A stretch of DNA of 64,000 nt from an uncultured Gammaproteobacteria bacterium (GTDB lineage Bacteria > Patescibacteriota > Microgenomatia > JALYQM01). The first letter of the stretch is position 1. Each line of letters begins with the position of its first letter. Both the position numbers and the translations under genes were made by a program. The DNA is taken from NCBI GenBank assembly GCA_964535655.1, contig CAZHTP010000001.1, positions 31,515 to 95,514 on the forward strand, written 5' to 3'. The notes beneath the pieces were generated by a model. The model was not told where the DNA came from. It made no database searches and was given only the letters and a program-made list of their open reading frames with translations. Of the stretch, positions 9,825 through 19,036 are shown in pieces.

Positions 9825-11162
9825 ATGAAGAAGAAAGTTGAACTTACCTTTAAGGAGCTGCTTTCTAATAAGGCTTTTTTAATTTTGTGGGCTAACCAAT
9901 TCTGCCTGCAGTTGTCTTATAGCATGACGAATTTTGCTTTGATCCTGTGGGTATATGAATTATCTAAGCGCAATACCGTTGTATCTCTGTTAGTGCTTAC
10001 AATTAGTGTGCCTTCTATTTTATTTGGTACATTTGCCGGTGTGATTGCGGATCGTGTTAATCGAAAAAAAATAATTCAAATAACGGATATTTTTTTAGCT
10101 GTATTGTTTCTTTGTTTTTGGTTTGCACACAATTCACTAGGATACATCTTTTTATTGGCTTTTCTAATTAGTATGGTTAGTCAGTTCTTTCTTCCTGCTG
10201 AGGCTGCAACTATTCCCACTATTGTTCCTAAAGATTTACTTGTTAAGGCAAACTCATTATTTTCCCTTACTATTTATGCATCGCTTATAGTAGGCTATTC
10301 ACTGGCTGGCCCTGCTATTAGTTTAAGTGGAAATTATATTACGCCTTTTATGGTTGCAGGTGTCTTATCTCTCATTGCCAGTATTATTTTTACACAGTTT
10401 CCATTTGTGCATCAGAAGTACGATGAACAAAGTAGAAAACGAAAATTTGTTCAAGCTGTTAAGCTGGCATTTGATGAAGTGCGAGAAGGATTACAATATA
10501 TTTTAAAGCAGCGAACTATTCTCGTTTCGATATTACTACTAACTGCTGTCCAAGCTTTTGTAAGCACGCTTAGTGTACTCATTCCTGAATATATTAATAA
10601 CATCCTTCAAATACCAGCGACTAATGCTAGTTATATTATTATGTTGCCACTCGGGTTAGGTCTCATTACTGGGGCATTCTTTAATGGTGCTTATGCAAAA
10701 ATATTCTCAAGGCGGCGGTTGGTTGAATTATCGGTCATTGGTGTAAGTATAATGTTATTATTTTTGGCTTCTGCGCCCGTAATTTCGGATTATCTTGTAT
10801 TACATACCGTTTCGCTATCTCTGAATTTTAGACGACCGCTTGAACATATTATTGGATTATCTAGTTTATTGGCAATTTTTTCTTATTTCCTGGGATTTTT
10901 TAATGTGTCGATTGTTATTCCGGCTCAAACTGTTTTACAAGAATATACGCCGGAGGAGTTACGGGGGAGAGTTTTTGGTGTACTCAATATGTTAATGTCT
11001 TCTCTGGCTACTTTGCCGGTTGTTTTAGTTGGGTCACTCGCAGACTGGCTTGGAACAGTGACTCTTATCAGTACGATCGCTTTGTGTATAATGTTCATCG
11101 GCTTGTTTATTCAGTCCAAACGATTTGTTACCGAGCGATTGTTGTTTAAGAGAGAAGAATAA
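9825..11162 (+). CDS. MFS transporter
   Basis: About 12 predicted TM segments. The MFS-like loop 'GVIADRVNRKKII' lies between TM2 and TM3. Confidence 0.7.
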   Translation: MKKKVELTFKELLSNKAFLILWANQFCLQLSYSMTNFALILWVYELSKRNTVVSLLVLTISVPSILFGTFAGVIADRVNRKKIIQITDIFLAVLFLCFWFAHNSLGYIFLLAFLISMVSQFFLPAEAATIPTIVPKDLLVKANSLFSLTIYASLIVGYSLAGPAISLSGNYITPFMVAGVLSLIASIIFTQFPFVHQKYDEQSRKRKFVQAVKLAFDEVREGLQYILKQRTILVSILLLTAVQAFVSTLSVLIPEYINNILQIPATNASYIIMLPLGLGLITGAFFNGAYAKIFSRRRLVELSVIGVSIMLLFLASAPVISDYLVLHTVSLSLNFRRPLEHIIGLSSLLAIFSYFLGFFNVSIVIPAQTVLQEYTPEELRGRVFGVLNMLMSSLATLPVVLVGSLADWLGTVTLISTIALCIMFIGLFIQSKRFVTERLLFKREE

Positions 11163-11172
11163 TTCCACCTTC

Positions 11173-12276
11173 ATGAATATTTCACATATTCGTTTACAGA
11201 ATTTTCGAAATTTAATCGATGTATCGCTCGATGTAGATTTTCAGACCATTGGTTTACTGGGAGAGAATGCTCAAGGGAAAACGAATATTTTAGAAGGATT
11301 ATTCGTTCTTTCAAGAGGTGAAAGTTGGCGTTCGGCTTTGGATAGCGATTTAATTGGTCATGAATCTTCCTTTACTCGTGTTGATGGGAAAACTATTACT
11401 GATGGTGATGAAACCGATCTTGCGTTGGTGGTAGAGCGTAATGTTGATCGATCGGGAGTAAAAAAATCTTATCTTGTAAACGATATTCGAAGGAAGAAGG
11501 AAACATTTATCCGTTATTTCCCGGCTATATTATTTTCGCCCGAAGATATTTCACTTATTGTTGGGTCTCCTGCTGCGCGTCGTAAAGCTTTAGACGCTTG
11601 TTTATGTGAATCTTTCCCCCATTATACTCAGTTGATTTCGCAATATAGCAAGGTTATTATCTCGCGGAATCGATTGCTGGAGCGTATTCGGGAAGGGGAG
11701 GCTCATGTAAACCAGTTGGAGTATTGGACACAGTCAATGATTCAGCTTGGAGGCCAAATTTATCTCTACCGCTATAGATTTTTTAACTTTCTTGCAAGTA
11801 GACAAGAACAGTATAGAATTTTATATTTACCTAAAATTGTATGTGAAATAGATGTTTCTAATGATACCTTTCTTTCGTCAATGGCGACTCTTTATGCTGA
11901 TCGAGTTCAATCTAATATTGAAAAGGAAATTTATAGTGGAGCTTCGCAGTATGGGCCGCATAAGGATGATTATGGCTTTTTCCTTAAAGAAAAGAACCTT
12001 TCTCTCTATGGGTCACGTGGTGAACAAAGAGCGGGTCTCTTTTTCTTTAAGAAAATTCAACTTCTTTATATTGAACGATCTCGTGGGACTAAGCCAGTAT
12101 TGCTACTTGATGATATTTTTTCAGAATTTGATCGAACTCATCGCGATGAGCTTGCTCAAATGATTGCTGGATATCAAACTTTTGTAACTGGAACAGAAGA
12201 GGAGTTTTTTATTCACGAAAGTTTTGCTTTTGACATTGTGTTTGAAATTAAAGCTGGGAAAGCTTTTGTAAAATAG
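11173..12276 (+). CDS. recF: DNA replication and repair protein RecF
   Basis: 'IRLQNFRNL' N-terminus, Walker A 'GENAQGKTNILEGL', and a C-terminal Walker B/signature 'LLLDDIFSEFD' all fit RecF. The internal Met was chosen as start; the upstream ORF extension overlaps the MFS gene. Confidence 0.85.
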   Translation: MNISHIRLQNFRNLIDVSLDVDFQTIGLLGENAQGKTNILEGLFVLSRGESWRSALDSDLIGHESSFTRVDGKTITDGDETDLALVVERNVDRSGVKKSYLVNDIRRKKETFIRYFPAILFSPEDISLIVGSPAARRKALDACLCESFPHYTQLISQYSKVIISRNRLLERIREGEAHVNQLEYWTQSMIQLGGQIYLYRYRFFNFLASRQEQYRILYLPKIVCEIDVSNDTFLSSMATLYADRVQSNIEKEIYSGASQYGPHKDDYGFFLKEKNLSLYGSRGEQRAGLFFFKKIQLLYIERSRGTKPVLLLDDIFSEFDRTHRDELAQMIAGYQTFVTGTEEEFFIHESFAFDIVFEIKAGKAFVK

Positions 12277-12306
12277 AGTACAATTCTGTATAATACCCTA
12301 TGTTTT

Positions 12307-13038
12307 ATGAGTTTATTTACTAATTTCTACACCATGTTTTTTCTTCACGAAAATCGATCGCGCTACCGCAAGATTTTCTTAATCCGAACGATTGGAAATA
12401 TTCTTATACTCGGATCGTTGCTTTTCGTATTCTCACAGTTTTACCCTGTAATTGCGGCTGAAGTGTCTTATCGGTGGGAGCGATCAACTCATACGAAGCA
12501 AGCGGATGAAGCAAAAATACCTGAGAGCGTGCGCATACCTTCGACAGCAACCAGTTCTGCTGAAGTAACCCCTAAGCCATTGCCAGCGTTATCTGACGAA
12601 CCGATAAATAAAGATTTTGGAATAGTAATTGATAAAATACATGCTAATGCTGCTATTGTAAGTGATGTTGATCCGTTTAACGCGGATGCATATGATTTAG
12701 CACTTAAAAATGGTGTTGCTCATGCAAAAGGGACACATTATCCAGGAGAAGTAGGGAATGTCTATTTATTTGCTCACAATACTTTAAATGCGTGGGACAT
12801 ACCTAAATACAATGCAGTATTTTTTCTTTTACACAATCTTGATGCTGGTGATCGTATCTCAACTTTTTATGAGGAAACTCGTTACGATTACATAGTCTTT
12901 GATAAACAGGTTCGTAGTGCTCGAGATTTAGCACCACTGGAAGCTCAATACTCTGAACCAGTGCTTAGTTTACAGACATGCTGGCCACCTGGAACTACTT
13001 GGCAGCGACTTATTGTTCGAGCAAAGCTTGATCGGTAA
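12307..13038 (+). CDS. sortase-family transpeptidase (membrane-anchored)
   Basis: Has an N-terminal TM helix. A His is in 'VYLFAHNT', the catalytic Cys is in an 'LSLQTCWPPG' (TLxTC-like) motif, and the downstream Arg is in 'RLIVRAKL'. Confidence 0.55.
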   Translation: MSLFTNFYTMFFLHENRSRYRKIFLIRTIGNILILGSLLFVFSQFYPVIAAEVSYRWERSTHTKQADEAKIPESVRIPSTATSSAEVTPKPLPALSDEPINKDFGIVIDKIHANAAIVSDVDPFNADAYDLALKNGVAHAKGTHYPGEVGNVYLFAHNTLNAWDIPKYNAVFFLLHNLDAGDRISTFYEETRYDYIVFDKQVRSARDLAPLEAQYSEPVLSLQTCWPPGTTWQRLIVRAKLDR

Positions 13039-13046
13039 TTTCCGTG

Positions 13047-14369
13047 TTATCTCAAGTTAATGGTATAGATATTGGGTTCAGTTCCTGCTTTAGAATTGAA
13101 ATTAGTAAGGATTACGAGCCTTCCACCATCTGGCCAGGGGAATACGGTGCTATCTTCAAAGGGCCCTGAGTATATGGTCGATTTATTTTTAGCGTCGGTT
13201 TCTATTATTGAAATGCTTCCATCTTCGACCATAATTAAATGTTGAATCTCTCGATCGGCTTTTTCCTCTGCTGGATACCATGCATAGTATTTTGCTTTAG
13301 GTAAATCAAAACTCTTCTTTAATTTAACGTCGTATATTTTTATGTTTAGATCTGCTGAGTAACTTGCTGTTTGAGATTCAATTTTATGGATATATTGAGC
13401 TGAAGCAGTAGCAGTTATTTCTGCAAGTGCTGCAGACTGTGTCGCAATTTTTGATTTTGCTGTTAAAGCTGGCACAATTACGACTTTTGGTTTCTCAGTA
13501 GCGGTTGAGGCTGATGGATCGCGTGTTGCGTATAAGAACATGGTCTCATCGTACGACCATTTAATTGGAATTGCAGATTCGGAGGCAATTTTTGTTCCAA
13601 TTGGATCCCCTGTTAATTTAGATAATCGAACATTTTCTATTTTTATTAATTCGTTATTCCATGTTTTTAACTGGCCATCTCTTGTTAACGTGATATCTAA
13701 TGGATTGCTGTTAAGTCTTGTTATGTCCAATAAGAAATTCCGTGTGTATTTAGCCTCTGATTTATTACCCTCCTGAAGAGTTGCAAGAATTTGCTTACTA
13801 TCAGGGGACCATAGTAATTGAGCTCCACTGAAATCTAGTTCGGCAGTATTGCGGGCAATTTGTGTGAAATCAGTTGACGTGCCTGAGAAGACGGTTCTTT
13901 TTGCCATATCCATTATCCATAGCCCCGCTTTATCTTTCTCACTGAAGCGAATTGCATAGGCTGCTTTTTGCATATCTGGTGAAATCTTAACGTCGATGGC
14001 ACCTGTATTTGTTATTGGATTAACACTTGGGGTTGCTGGCCACATTATTGCTTCAATTTCTGAGATGATCTGGTTATTAATGTTCATTTCTTTTTCCCAA
14101 GGAATGTAGCCTTCTTTTGTTAGGCGGATTGTGTATTTTTTTGCTGGGAGAAACGAGATGCTGGTATTGGTTACATTCTGATAATGCCCATCGATATATA
14201 TTTGTGCGCCGTTAGGGACCGAGTTAACAACTAGTACCCCAGTCTGAACTACTTTTTTGTTCTTAGCATCGAATGTATATCCTTGCACTAACAGTACACC
14301 AATGATTGTTCCAAGACCAAGTATTACTACTGAAGCAATTGAAACGAGAATACGGGTTTTTTTGTCCAT
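13047..14369 (-). CDS. membrane-anchored PEGA-domain / beta-propeller (TolB-like) protein
   Basis: Has an N-terminal TM. A PEGA-like 'NGAQIYIDGHYQNVTNTSISFLPAKKYTIRLTKEGYIPWEKEM' is followed by repeated W/D-containing beta-strand segments. Confidence 0.5.
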   Translation of the reverse strand: MDKKTRILVSIASVVILGLGTIIGVLLVQGYTFDAKNKKVVQTGVLVVNSVPNGAQIYIDGHYQNVTNTSISFLPAKKYTIRLTKEGYIPWEKEMNINNQIISEIEAIMWPATPSVNPITNTGAIDVKISPDMQKAAYAIRFSEKDKAGLWIMDMAKRTVFSGTSTDFTQIARNTAELDFSGAQLLWSPDSKQILATLQEGNKSEAKYTRNFLLDITRLNSNPLDITLTRDGQLKTWNNELIKIENVRLSKLTGDPIGTKIASESAIPIKWSYDETMFLYATRDPSASTATEKPKVVIVPALTAKSKIATQSAALAEITATASAQYIHKIESQTASYSADLNIKIYDVKLKKSFDLPKAKYYAWYPAEEKADREIQHLIMVEDGSISIIETDAKNKSTIYSGPFEDSTVFPWPDGGRLVILTNFNSKAGTEPNIYTINLR

Positions 14370-14492
14370 GGCTTTATTATATACATTCCCGCTCTTAAAA
14401 ACAAAAGTACCAAATGTCGTTCTAGGCGTGGCGCTTGATGCTGTTTTCTGGTATATTTGGTTGACGGTTCTTCCTCCTACTTTTTAAATTTT

Positions 14493-15503
14493 ATGATGAA
14501 TTTTACAAAACGGATTGGTATTGATTTAGGTACTGCAAATTCGCTGGTATATTTGGCGGGTGAAGGGATAGTGCTTAATGAGCCCACTGTTGTCGCTGTA
14601 TCTGTTGATGACAATAAAGTTGTTGCTGTTGGAAATGAAGCACGGGAGATGTTAGGACGTACTCCAACGAATATAATTGCTTCTCGGCCGATGCGAGATG
14701 GTGTTATTGCAGACTATATTATTACTGAAGCAATGCTCCGTTACTTTATTGATAAAGTTTGTGGTACTTCGCGATTTTTTAAACCTGAAGTTATGATTTG
14801 TGTTCCATCAGGAGTTACTTCTGTGGAACGCCGGGCAGTTCTTGATGCTACGATGTCGGCGGGAGCAAAAACAGCATACTTAATAGATGAACCGTTAGCT
14901 GCTTCGATTGGTGCAAAAATTCCGATCGCTCATCCGTCGGGGAATATGATAATTGATATCGGTGGAGGTTCTGCTGAATCGGCGGTTATTTCACTAGGCG
15001 GCGTTGTAGTTCATGGCTCAGTTCGGGTTGCAGGAAATAAAGTAGACGAAGCAATCGCAACGTATATCCGGCGAAAATATAACCTGATAATAGGTGAGCG
15101 GATGTCTGAAGAAATTAAAATAGGAATTGCTTCAGCGATTCCATTAGATTCAGTTATGGCAATGGAGATAAAAGGAAGAGATGCTATTGATGGATTACCT
15201 AAAATTGTTGAAATTACCTCTGATGATGTTACCGAAGCAATAAGTCCTAATTTAATGGCGATTGTTAACATGGCCAGACGTGTTCTTGAGCAAACCCCGC
15301 CAGAACTTGCGGCTGATATTATTGATAAAGGGATTGTTTTATCGGGAGGTACTTCTCAGTTACGAAATCTTGATAAGCTATTAAGTATGTCGACGGGTGT
15401 TCCGGTTTATGTAGCTGAAAATCCGATGATGTGTGTTGCTATTGGAACTGGTGTTGCAATTGAAAATATTGATCTTTATAAACGAGGGATCAGCAGACGG
15501 TAA
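14493..15503 (+). CDS. mreB: rod shape-determining protein MreB
   Basis: 'IGIDLGTANSLVY' and 'MIIDIGGGSAESAVISLGGVV' are actin-fold phosphate motifs. The start was set at an internal Met. Confidence 0.9.
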   Translation: MMNFTKRIGIDLGTANSLVYLAGEGIVLNEPTVVAVSVDDNKVVAVGNEAREMLGRTPTNIIASRPMRDGVIADYIITEAMLRYFIDKVCGTSRFFKPEVMICVPSGVTSVERRAVLDATMSAGAKTAYLIDEPLAASIGAKIPIAHPSGNMIIDIGGGSAESAVISLGGVVVHGSVRVAGNKVDEAIATYIRRKYNLIIGERMSEEIKIGIASAIPLDSVMAMEIKGRDAIDGLPKIVEITSDDVTEAISPNLMAIVNMARRVLEQTPPELAADIIDKGIVLSGGTSQLRNLDKLLSMSTGVPVYVAENPMMCVAIGTGVAIENIDLYKRGISRR

Positions 15504-15602
15504 TTTGACCGAAAAAGTATAGCCTAAGATTTGAAAAAAGTAAAAAACAATCAATGAGTGCCTTATTGTTAGTGCGTGGATAATTGCATATAATGGGCTT
15601 GT

Positions 15603-16802
15603 ATGATTATTGGATTTGATGCTTCACGTGCATTTATTGCTGAGCGCACCGGGACGGAGAATTACTCTTATAATATCCTAGTCAATTTACTTCAAAATGA
15701 TCGCAGAAATGCATATAAAATATATTTGCGATTACCTCCTGAGTTCTTGGCAAAATCTGTAGACAAAGTGTATAAAGGCAAATCTAAAAAAGAACGAATT
15801 CAGAGCTGGGTTGAAGCTGTGCGCAAGCAGTTGCCTACAACTCAGAATTACCGGCTAATTGTTATTCATAGTACATGGTTGTGGACTCAAGTAGGTCTTG
15901 CTCGGGAATTGTGGAAGTATCCGCCTGATGTTTTATTTATTCCAGCACATACCCTTCCGGTAATTCGTAAGAAACGAATTAAAACTGTCGTTACTATTCA
16001 TGATTTAGGATATGAATATTTGCCACAATATCATCAGTTTCCCCAGAAATTATGGCTAAATCGTTCTACGGAATATGCTGTACAACATGCTTCAGCATTA
16101 ATTGCTGTTTCACAAGCAACCAAGGAAGATTTGATTCATAAACTCCATGCAGATGAAAAAAAAATATCTGTAATTTACGAAGGATTGGGTTGGGATATGC
16201 CGCAAAAGCTTTCTTCCGTTAAACAAGAGATTGCCCAGCTTCACCATTCTTTAGTATCTTCTCACTATATTCTTTTTATCGGGACTATTCAGCCGCGAAA
16301 AAATTTAATCCGTTTAATGCAAGCCTTTTCGAAACTTATTGAAAAGCCCTTCATCAAAAATACCTTTCCCGATTTACAGCTTGCAATAATTGGGAAGCGG
16401 GGGTGGATGTTTGAAGAAACTTTACTTGAGCCGGAAAAGCTAGGAATTACCGATAAAATTCGTTTCCTGGGGAGGCTTCCCGACTCTGAAACGTATTCAC
16501 TTTTGAAAGGTGCACTGTGTTTTGCTTTCCCCTCATTATTTGAAGGTTTTGGTATTCCAATTATTGAGGCTCAAGCTTTACGTGTTCCCGTTGTTACTTC
16601 AGCTAAAAAACCCATGACTGAAGTTGGAGCGGATGCTTGCATGTACGTAGACCCTGAGTCGATAGATAGTATTGCGGATGGGTTGCTCAAGGTTTTGGAA
16701 GATAGTGCTTATGCTACTACACTGCGCAAACGGGGCCTTATAAATATTCAACGTTTTAGTTGGAAGAAAGCGGCAGAGGAGACACTCCGTGTACTTACTT
16801 AA
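15603..16802 (+). CDS. family 4 (GT-B) glycosyltransferase
   Basis: The C-terminal 'FPSLFEGFGIPIIEAQALRVPVVTS' is the GT4 EX7E motif region. Confidence 0.75.
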   Translation: MIIGFDASRAFIAERTGTENYSYNILVNLLQNDRRNAYKIYLRLPPEFLAKSVDKVYKGKSKKERIQSWVEAVRKQLPTTQNYRLIVIHSTWLWTQVGLARELWKYPPDVLFIPAHTLPVIRKKRIKTVVTIHDLGYEYLPQYHQFPQKLWLNRSTEYAVQHASALIAVSQATKEDLIHKLHADEKKISVIYEGLGWDMPQKLSSVKQEIAQLHHSLVSSHYILFIGTIQPRKNLIRLMQAFSKLIEKPFIKNTFPDLQLAIIGKRGWMFEETLLEPEKLGITDKIRFLGRLPDSETYSLLKGALCFAFPSLFEGFGIPIIEAQALRVPVVTSAKKPMTEVGADACMYVDPESIDSIADGLLKVLEDSAYATTLRKRGLINIQRFSWKKAAEETLRVLT

Positions 16803-17637
16803 TGTAAAAATTTCCGAGCTTTCACGAAAAGAAGTGTTTAATGCACTACTGGGCTTTTTAGAAGATGGTAACAAGCATCATTTTGTGACAACTAACCCTG
16901 AATTTATTTTAGAAGCCCAAAAAAACGAAGAGTTCAAAAATACTATTAACAGTTCAGATTTATCCCTCATTGATGGGATAGGGATTTTGGTTGCAACTGA
17001 ATATGCGCAGAGAAAAATTCACTCCAGAAATACACTTATTTCGATCGTACATTTTCTTGCTGATTATTTAAAAGTTGGTGTATGCAAGCAGCCCGTTTCC
17101 TACCACGGTAAACATCTAGAGAGAATAAGTGGGGTTGATTTAGTTTTAATGCTTGTGCAACAGGAGTGGATGAGGGGGAGGAAAATATATTTACTGGGGG
17201 GAATGGATATTGTCTCTTCTTTGGCAATGCGTCGACTGCAGCAAATTAATCCAGATATTCAATTTAGAAGTTCGAAAGGTGAATCGCATGTTAAGGAAAG
17301 CCTTGAATCTTTCGAACAAAATAAAGAATCTTCAGTAGTTATTTCCGATATTAATACGTTTAATCCTGATGTATTGCTTGTTGCTTATGGTCATCCCTGG
17401 CAAGATATATGGATTGCGCGATATAAAGATAAACTAAATTTTAAAATTGCAGTTGGAGTAGGAGGTACGTTTGATTTTCTAGCAGGACGCGTACCACGAG
17501 CTCCGACATGGATGCGAAAAATTGGCTTAGAATGGCTTTATCGTATGGTTAAACAGCCAAGGCGATTTAATCGCATCTGGTCTGCAACATGGATCTTTAT
17601 GCGAAAAATAATAGCAAGTGGTACAATTCTCTCATAA
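16789..17637 (+). CDS. WecB/TagA/CpsF-family glycosyltransferase
   Basis: 'LLVAYGHPWQDIWIARYKDKLNFKIAVGVGGTFDFLAGRVPRAPTWMRKIGLEWLYRMVKQPRRFNRIW' is the characteristic family signature. Confidence 0.8.
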   Translation: MYLLNVKISELSRKEVFNALLGFLEDGNKHHFVTTNPEFILEAQKNEEFKNTINSSDLSLIDGIGILVATEYAQRKIHSRNTLISIVHFLADYLKVGVCKQPVSYHGKHLERISGVDLVLMLVQQEWMRGRKIYLLGGMDIVSSLAMRRLQQINPDIQFRSSKGESHVKESLESFEQNKESSVVISDINTFNPDVLLVAYGHPWQDIWIARYKDKLNFKIAVGVGGTFDFLAGRVPRAPTWMRKIGLEWLYRMVKQPRRFNRIWSATWIFMRKIIASGTILS

Positions 17638-17716
17638 AATTCTTAAGCTTACCTCTTGCAAAGCGTAATTTGCAGGTAAATACTATTATTACTACTTTAT
17701 AGTTTGTGAGGTCTTT

Positions 17717-19000
17717 ATGGAAACTTCTTTGCCTTCGGGTGCGTTTTTGGGTCCAACGCAATTGTTTGATCGCGCTTGGGTGATTTTTGAAAAAAAATGG
17801 AAAACTATGCTTGTTGTTGGGTTACCAATGGTTGGTTTTGTCATCATGTGGGTGGTGTTTATTGCCCTACTGGTAGGTGGGGTTGGTGCAGGAATGATGA
17901 TTAACAAGTCCAGTACTTCTGCTTTGGCTGGATTTGGTATAGCTGGTGCTATTGTCGGTATTATTGGATATGTAGCTTTTATTGTAGGGTGTATTTGGGT
18001 GCAGCTGGCAGAGTTGTATGTGATTGCAAATCATACCCGAGAAGTTACTTTTAATGAGGCATACGGTTCAACTAGAAAATATATTCTGTCATTATTTTGG
18101 ATAGGTATACTAACGGCTGCGATTTCAGTAACCGGGTTTATAGCGTTAATCGTTCCGGGAATTATATTGGCAGTCTGGTTTATATTTGCTCAATATGTTT
18201 TAGTTGATCAGAATATTCGCGGTCTGAATGCGCTGCTTACTAGCCGTGAATATGTGCGTGGCCGATGGGGTATGGTATTTGGGCGCCTTGTTCTGTTCTT
18301 TCTGGTGTATTTTGTTCTCTTACTTCTCTTGTCGATAGTGCAAAATGTAGGAAAAGATACAGCACTTGGTGATTTACTTTCAATACTTTCTTTACTTGTT
18401 CAAATGGTTATGGGACTTTTGGCTTCATTGTACATCTTTGCAATGTATGAAAACCTTAAAGAAATTAAAGGAACAAATATTGCAATTGCTGGTGGGACGC
18501 GAACAAAATTTTCAATTCTGGGGTGGGTCGGTATTGTACTATTGTCCCTTGGTGTTCTTGCGCCAATTGGTTTACTTGCACTAAATCCAGCTGGAACACT
18601 TGTGGTTGCACGCAATGCAACTCGAGTAGGGGATGTTATTAAAACTCAGAAAGCTTTAACTATGTACTATGTTAGTGCTAATAAGTATCCTGAATCACTT
18701 CCTGTCCTGGTACAAGGTGGAATGCTTGATGCCGTTCCTGCTGATCCACTTACCAAAGCACCTTTGAGTTATGTGGTAAATTCTGATGGTTCAGATTTTA
18801 GACTTTGTACGCATCTAGAGCCATCTGCAAACGCTGCGTTTAAAAAGCCGCTTGATGCGAATGGTGATTTCTGTATCACTTCGAGAACTACTGAAGCAGG
18901 CATGATGGAAGATCAGTATCCAAGTGGAGCTTCTGGAACATTTCCTGAAGGATATAATGCTTCGGGTAGTGGAATGGTGGAGGATCCAAGCAGATATTAA
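17717..19000 (+). CDS. polytopic membrane protein fused to a C-terminal pseudopilin (GspG-like) globular domain
   Basis: About 7-8 TM helices span residues 30-290. The C-terminal part 'KTQKALTMYYVSANKYPESLPVLVQGGMLDAVPADPLTKAPLSYVVNSDGSDFRLCT' resembles the type II secretion/type IV pseudopilin core. Confidence 0.5.
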   Translation: METSLPSGAFLGPTQLFDRAWVIFEKKWKTMLVVGLPMVGFVIMWVVFIALLVGGVGAGMMINKSSTSALAGFGIAGAIVGIIGYVAFIVGCIWVQLAELYVIANHTREVTFNEAYGSTRKYILSLFWIGILTAAISVTGFIALIVPGIILAVWFIFAQYVLVDQNIRGLNALLTSREYVRGRWGMVFGRLVLFFLVYFVLLLLLSIVQNVGKDTALGDLLSILSLLVQMVMGLLASLYIFAMYENLKEIKGTNIAIAGGTRTKFSILGWVGIVLLSLGVLAPIGLLALNPAGTLVVARNATRVGDVIKTQKALTMYYVSANKYPESLPVLVQGGMLDAVPADPLTKAPLSYVVNSDGSDFRLCTHLEPSANAAFKKPLDANGDFCITSRTTEAGMMEDQYPSGASGTFPEGYNASGSGMVEDPSRY

Positions 19001-19036
19001 TTTTTGAGTCCGGCACTCTGGTAGTATTTTGGTGTA

